Assembly (NCBI GenBank): GCA_030141605.1 | Contig: JAQGDQ010001653.1 | Location: 1-30,847, forward strand | Direction: 5' to 3' | Length of the DNA stretch: 30,847 bases | DNA from: Tubiluchus corallicola | Taxonomy: Eukaryota > Animalia > Priapulida | In this document: positions 26,120 to 30,847 of the stretch, piece by piece | Position numbering within the stretch: the first letter of the stretch is position 1 | How the letters are laid out: every line of letters starts with the position of its first letter | The notes under the pieces: model-generated | What the model saw: only the letters and a program-made list of their open reading frames with translations | What the model was told of the DNA's origin: nothing | The model's database searches: none | Program-made: the position numbers and the translations under genes

Positions 26120-27335
26120 TAGTGCTAGAGTTATAGATTACTTTGCTAGAGTTATAGATTACATTGCTAGAGTTATAGATTACATTGCTAGTGTTATAGA
26201 TTACTTTGCTAGAGTTATAGATTGCATTGCTAGTGTTATAGATTACATTTCTAGTGTTATAGATTACTTTGCTGGAGTTACAGATTACTTTGCTAGAGTT
26301 ATAGATTACATTGCTAGAGTTGAGGATTACTTTGCTAGAGTCATAGATTACTTTGCTAGAGTTGTAGATTACTTTGCTAGAGTTGTAGAATACTTTGCTA
26401 GAATTATAGATTACTTTGCTAGAGTTATAGATTACTTTGCTAGAATTGTAGATTACTTTGCTAGAGTTATAGATTACTTTGCTAGAGTTGTAGATTACTT
26501 TGCTAGAGTTGTAGATTACTTTGCTAGAATTGTAGATTACTTTGCTAGAGTTATAGATTACTTTGCTAGAGTTGTAGATTACTTTGCTAGAGTTATAGAT
26601 TACTTTGCTAGAGTTGTAGATTACTTTGCTAGTGATATAGATTACATTGCTAGTGTTATAGATTACTTTGCTAGAGTTATAGATTACATTGCTAATGTTA
26701 TAGATTACATTGCTAGTGTTATAGATTACATTGCTAGTGTTATAGATTACTTTGCTAGAGTTATAGATTACATTGCTAGTGATATAGATTACATTGCTAG
26801 TGTTGTAGATTACTTTGCTAGAGTTGTAGATTACTTTACTAGAGTTGTAGATTACTTTGCTAGAGTTGTAGATTACTTTGCTAGAGTTGCAGATTACTTT
26901 GCTAGAGTTGCAGATTACTTTGTAAGAGTTGTAGATTACTTTGCTAGAGTTGCAGATTACTTTGCAAGAGTTGTTGATTACTTTGCTAGAGTTGTAGATT
27001 ACTTTGCAAGAGTTGTAGACTACTTCGCTTGAATTGTAGATTACCTTGCCAGAATTGTAGATTACTTCACTAGAGTTATAGATTACTTTGCTAGAGTTGT
27101 AGATAACTTTACTAGAGTTGTAGACTATTTCGCTTGAATTGTAGATTACTTTGCCAGAATTGTAGATTACTTCACTAGAGTTATAGATTACTTTGCTAGA
27201 GTTGTAGATAACTTTTCTAGAGTTATAGATTACTTTGCTAGAGTTATAGATTACTTTGCTAGAGTTGTAGATTACTTTGCTGGAGTTGCAGATTACTTTG
27301 CTAGAGTTATAGATTACTTTGCTAGTGTTATAGAT
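26120..27335. repeat. 21-bp minisatellite block 1, about 58 copies
   Basis: Unit GTT(A/G)TAGATTACTTTGCTAGA. Confidence 0.98.
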
Positions 27336-27862
27336 TTTTAAGCTTTACTTACGAAGATGCTTAAGTGTCCAAGTTTTATACAGAGTCGCTGCTAACACTA
27401 GCCCTGTATGCAATAAGAAAACATGCAAATTCCAGACGAATTTATTAAGCTTTACTTACGAAGAGCGTTTTCTTTAAACTGCAGTAAATTCATTTAACTT
27501 GCAGAAGAAACATAGACGGTAGAGGAACGATAGATAAAAACATTTGAACTTACCGTAGACTGTTGTTAAAAATTAAGCTCTTGTCTGCAATCACATTCAC
27601 AATGCAATGAAGTTTTTGCAGCAAATTCAATTCAATTACAAAAAAGCGCTCCAAAAATACTTCAGTTATGCAGAAATATACTCTATATATAAACACCACG
27701 CAGAGTAATGGCGTGATTTTCGTAAGTTTTTGATTTGGTGAGTCGTAGCTATTGGGGGCGTAGTTAATGGGGGGGGGGCGAAGGGGAGCAACCGCTCCTC
27801 GTAGCGCGTTTTTTTCTCTCCAAAATTGGCGCCTTTTCAACAATTTTTAGTTCATTTGTCCA

Positions 27863-28020
27863 GTTGCTGAACAATCCTTTAGTGAGTTGGAACAGAGAAA
27901 GTCTTATTCTCGTTTTACAATGGACAAGGAAAGATTGTCTGGGTTTAGCTTTGGTCTCCTCTGAAATACAGTTGGCTACCGATGTAGATTATAGAGAAGC
28001 TGTAGATTACTTCGCTAGAG
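27863..28020 (+). pseudogene. hAT transposase C-terminal dimerisation domain remnant
   Basis: VAEQSFSELEQRKSYSRFTMDKERLSG/(+1)LALVSSEIQLATDVDYREAVDYFAR fits the hAT consensus ERSFS.LK.IK.YLRSTM..ERL.GLAL.SIE....D...ID.FA. Confidence 0.8.
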
Positions 28021-28738
28021 TTGTAGATTACCTTTGCTATTGTTGTAGATTACCTTGCTAGAGTTGTAGATTACTTTGCTACAGTTGTAGATTACTTAGC
28101 TAGAGTTGTAGATTACTTTGCTACAGTTGTAGATTACTTTGTTACAGTTGTAGATTACTTTGCTAGAGTCGAAGATTATTTTGCTAGAGTCATAGATTAC
28201 ATTGCTAGAGTTGAGGATTACTTTGCTAGTGTTATAGATTACTTTGCTAGAGTTGTAGATTACCTTTGCTATTGTTGTAGATTACCTTGCTAGAGTTGTA
28301 GATTACTTTGCTAGAGTTGTAGATTACTTTGCTAGTGTTGTAGATTACTTTGCTACAGTTGTAGATTACCTTTGCTATTGTTGTAGATTACCTTGCTAGA
28401 ATTATAGATTACATTGCTAGAGTTGAGGATTACTTTGCTAGTGTTATAGATTACTTTGCTACAGTTGTAGATTACCTTTGCTATTGTTGTAGATTACCTT
28501 GCTAGAATTATAGATTACTTTGCTAGAGTTGAGGATTACTTTGCTAGTGTTATAGATTACTTTGCTACAGTTGTAGATTACCTTTGCTATTGTTGTAGAT
28601 TACTTTGCTAGTGTTATAGATTACATTGCTAGAGTTGAGGATTACTTTGCTAGTGTTATAGATTACTTTGCTAGAGTTGAGGATTACTTTGCTAGTGTTG
28701 TAGATTACTTTGCTAGAGTTATAGATTACTTTGCTACA
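28000..28738. repeat. 21-bp minisatellite block 2, about 35 copies
   Basis: Same unit as block 1, starting in frame from the transposase remnant. Confidence 0.98.
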
Positions 28739-29229
28739 AACCTTTTTATTGTGTTTTAATTTTAAATACAAAATAACAATTATGTACTTCCTTTAAAATT
28801 GTATCTTTCACGTGCTTTGAATTTAGTGACAAAATTAATACGTCTAATGTATGCTTTAAAAATTGTTTGCTGTATATACACCATTTCGACTTTTTTACGT
28901 GCTTGCTCCCCCCTAATTTTAGAACCTGGCTACGCCCCTGGGAGGTATGTAAGGTTTCTTACGCCTAGTGTAGAAACTGGAAATTGCTTACATGTTTATT
29001 GCTTACTAGGAAATTTTGTTTACATAATACAATAATGTTGTTTTATGGCGAAACCTTGGCACTTGAGAGCAGCGCCGAAGGCGTTTCTTATTTTAGTGAT
29101 AATAACAAACGCTTTCATTTGGAAAAATTATTTTCAAGCATAAAACTTCATTAAAAATTGAAAAAAAGAGCGTACAGAGCATTTTTTAAAATTTTTCATG
29201 AAGTTTTATGCTTTTAAATATGAAAACGC

Positions 29230-29261
<32 letters not shown>

Positions 29262-29300
29262 ATGAAATATATTTAATAATAATAATAATAATAATAATAA
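28024..29300. repeat. Left arm of inverted repeat 2
   Basis: Reverse complement of 29692-30847 (29261/29731, 28940/30045, 28740/30238, 28024/30847), with substitutions and small indels. Confidence 0.96.
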
Positions 29301-29322
29301 CAACAACAACAACAACAGCAAC

Positions 29323-29398
<76 letters not shown>

Positions 29399-29419
29399 GC
29401 AATAATAATAATAATAATA
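29274..29419. repeat. (AAT)n/(AAC)n microsatellite
   Basis: Directly visible; IR2 homology ends inside it. Confidence 0.97.
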
Positions 29420-29644
29420 AGTTAATATGTATATCGTTAAATGCTCAATCAGTAAAAAAAACAAGAGACTTGAATGCTTCCCGATGAATAGCTAACATCT
29501 ATGTCCTAAATTCTTTCTGTTAGAATTAATTACATTTTAATTATTGTTTAATTAACAGTTTACTTTTTCTGCACTCTTTATTTACCACGTAAAACTTGAA
29601 ATAATTTATATTCTAGTCAACTCATGTTCTTGTTTATTTACGTC

Positions 29645-29717
29645 TGTAATTTGTTAATTGTGCTTGTGTTTATGTTTGTGAAATAAAGTGTTTATTATTA
29701 TTATTATTATTATTATT
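29645..29717 (+). mobile_element. Probable retroposon 3' end with AATAAA and (TTA)n tail in the IR2 spacer
   Basis: Homologous to the reverse complement of 6661-6712. Confidence 0.6.
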
Positions 29718-29730
29718 AAATATATTTCAT

Positions 29731-29766
<36 letters not shown>

Positions 29767-30847
29767 GCGTTTTCATATTTAAAAGCATAAAACTTCATGA
29801 AAAATTTTAAAAAATGCTCTGTACGCTCTTTTTTTCAATTTTTAATGAAGTTTTATGCTTGAAAATAATTTTTCCAAATGAAAGCGTTTGTTATTATCAC
29901 TAAAATAAGAAACGCCTTCGGCGCTGCTCTCAAGTGCCAAGGTTTCGCCATAAAACAACATTATTGTATTATGTAAACAAAATTTCCTAGTAAACAATAA
30001 ACCTGTAATTTCTACACTAGGCGTAATAAAGCTTACATACCTCCCAGGGGCGTAGCCAGGTTCTAAAATTAGGGGGGAGCAAGCACGTAAAAAAGTCGAA
30101 ATGATGTATATACAGCAAACAATTTTTAAAGCATACATTAGACGTATTAATTTTGTCACTAAATTCAAAGCACGTGAAAGATACAATTTTAAAGGAAGTA
30201 CTGTTATTTTGTCTTTAAAATTAAAATACAAAAAAAGTTTGTAGCAAAGTAATCTATAACTCTAGCAAAGTAATCTATGACTCTAGCAAAGTAATCTATA
30301 ATTCTAGCAAAGTATTCTACAACTGTAGCAAAGTAATCTACAACTGTAGCAAAGTAATCTACAACTGTAGCAAAGTAATCTAAAACTGTAGTAAAGTAAT
30401 CTACAACTGTAGCAAAGTAATCTATAACACTAGCAAAGTAATCCTCAACTCTAGCAATGTAATCTATAATTCTAGCAAGGTAATCTACAACAATAGCAAA
30501 GGTAATCTACAACTGTAGCAAAGTAATCTATAACACTAGCAAAGTAATCCTCAACTCTAGCAATGTAATCTATAATTCTAGCAAGGTAATCTACAACAAT
30601 AGCAAAGGTAATCTACAACTCTAGCAAAGTAATCTATAACACTAGCAAAGTAATCCTCAACTCTAGCAATGTAATCTATGACTCTAGCAAAATAATCTTC
30701 GACTCTAGCAAAGTTATCTACAATTGTAGCAAAGTTATCTACAACTGTAGCAAAGTAATCTACAACTCTAGCTAAGTAATCTACAACTGTAGCAAAGTAA
30801 TCTACAACTCTAGCAAGGTAATCTACAACAATAGCAAAGGTAATCTA
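29692..30847. repeat. Right arm of inverted repeat 2, including a mirrored hAT end (30045) and inverted 21-bp array (30238-30847); truncated by window end
   Basis: Rare array variants (TTAGC, GTCGAAGATTATT, GTCATAG) appear in mirrored order. Confidence 0.96.

Larger units (their letters stand above)
27753..28940 (+). mobile_element. Internally deleted hAT-superfamily DNA transposon
   Basis: Left end TGGGGGCGTAG vs right end CTACGCCCCTG (9/11 TIR match); flanking 8-mers GTAGCTAT/GGAGGTAT (6/8, decayed TSD); contains a transposase remnant. Confidence 0.65.

Noticed and set aside
28799-30231. Paired ORFs 28799-29035 and 29842-30231
   Set aside because: Mirror-image non-coding TE subterminal DNA; frames are not conserved between the arms.

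Overview
AT-rich animal (probably invertebrate) genomic DNA dominated by microsatellites, minisatellites and transposon debris; nothing looks prokaryotic. The only credible host coding sequence is on the minus strand: a signal-peptide plus Pro/Gly/Arg-rich exon with 24-aa repeats (25784-24368), and a phase-compatible S1 serine-protease exon (20495-19934) that has a frameshift and no visible His57/activation exon. Two large inverted repeats bracket the window (1-771 vs 2190-2960; 28024-29300 vs 29692-30847). Their outer arms run off the window edges and their inner ends lie in microsatellites, so the ~28 kb interval may be one unit of a palindromic amplification. Several tandem arrays can be traced to transposon sequence: a 21-bp array from the end of a hAT transposase dimerisation domain, a 108-bp array from an RTE LINE ORF, and a 22-bp array from a CAA-associated element. 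All alignments and translations were done by eye, and TE family names are motif-based.
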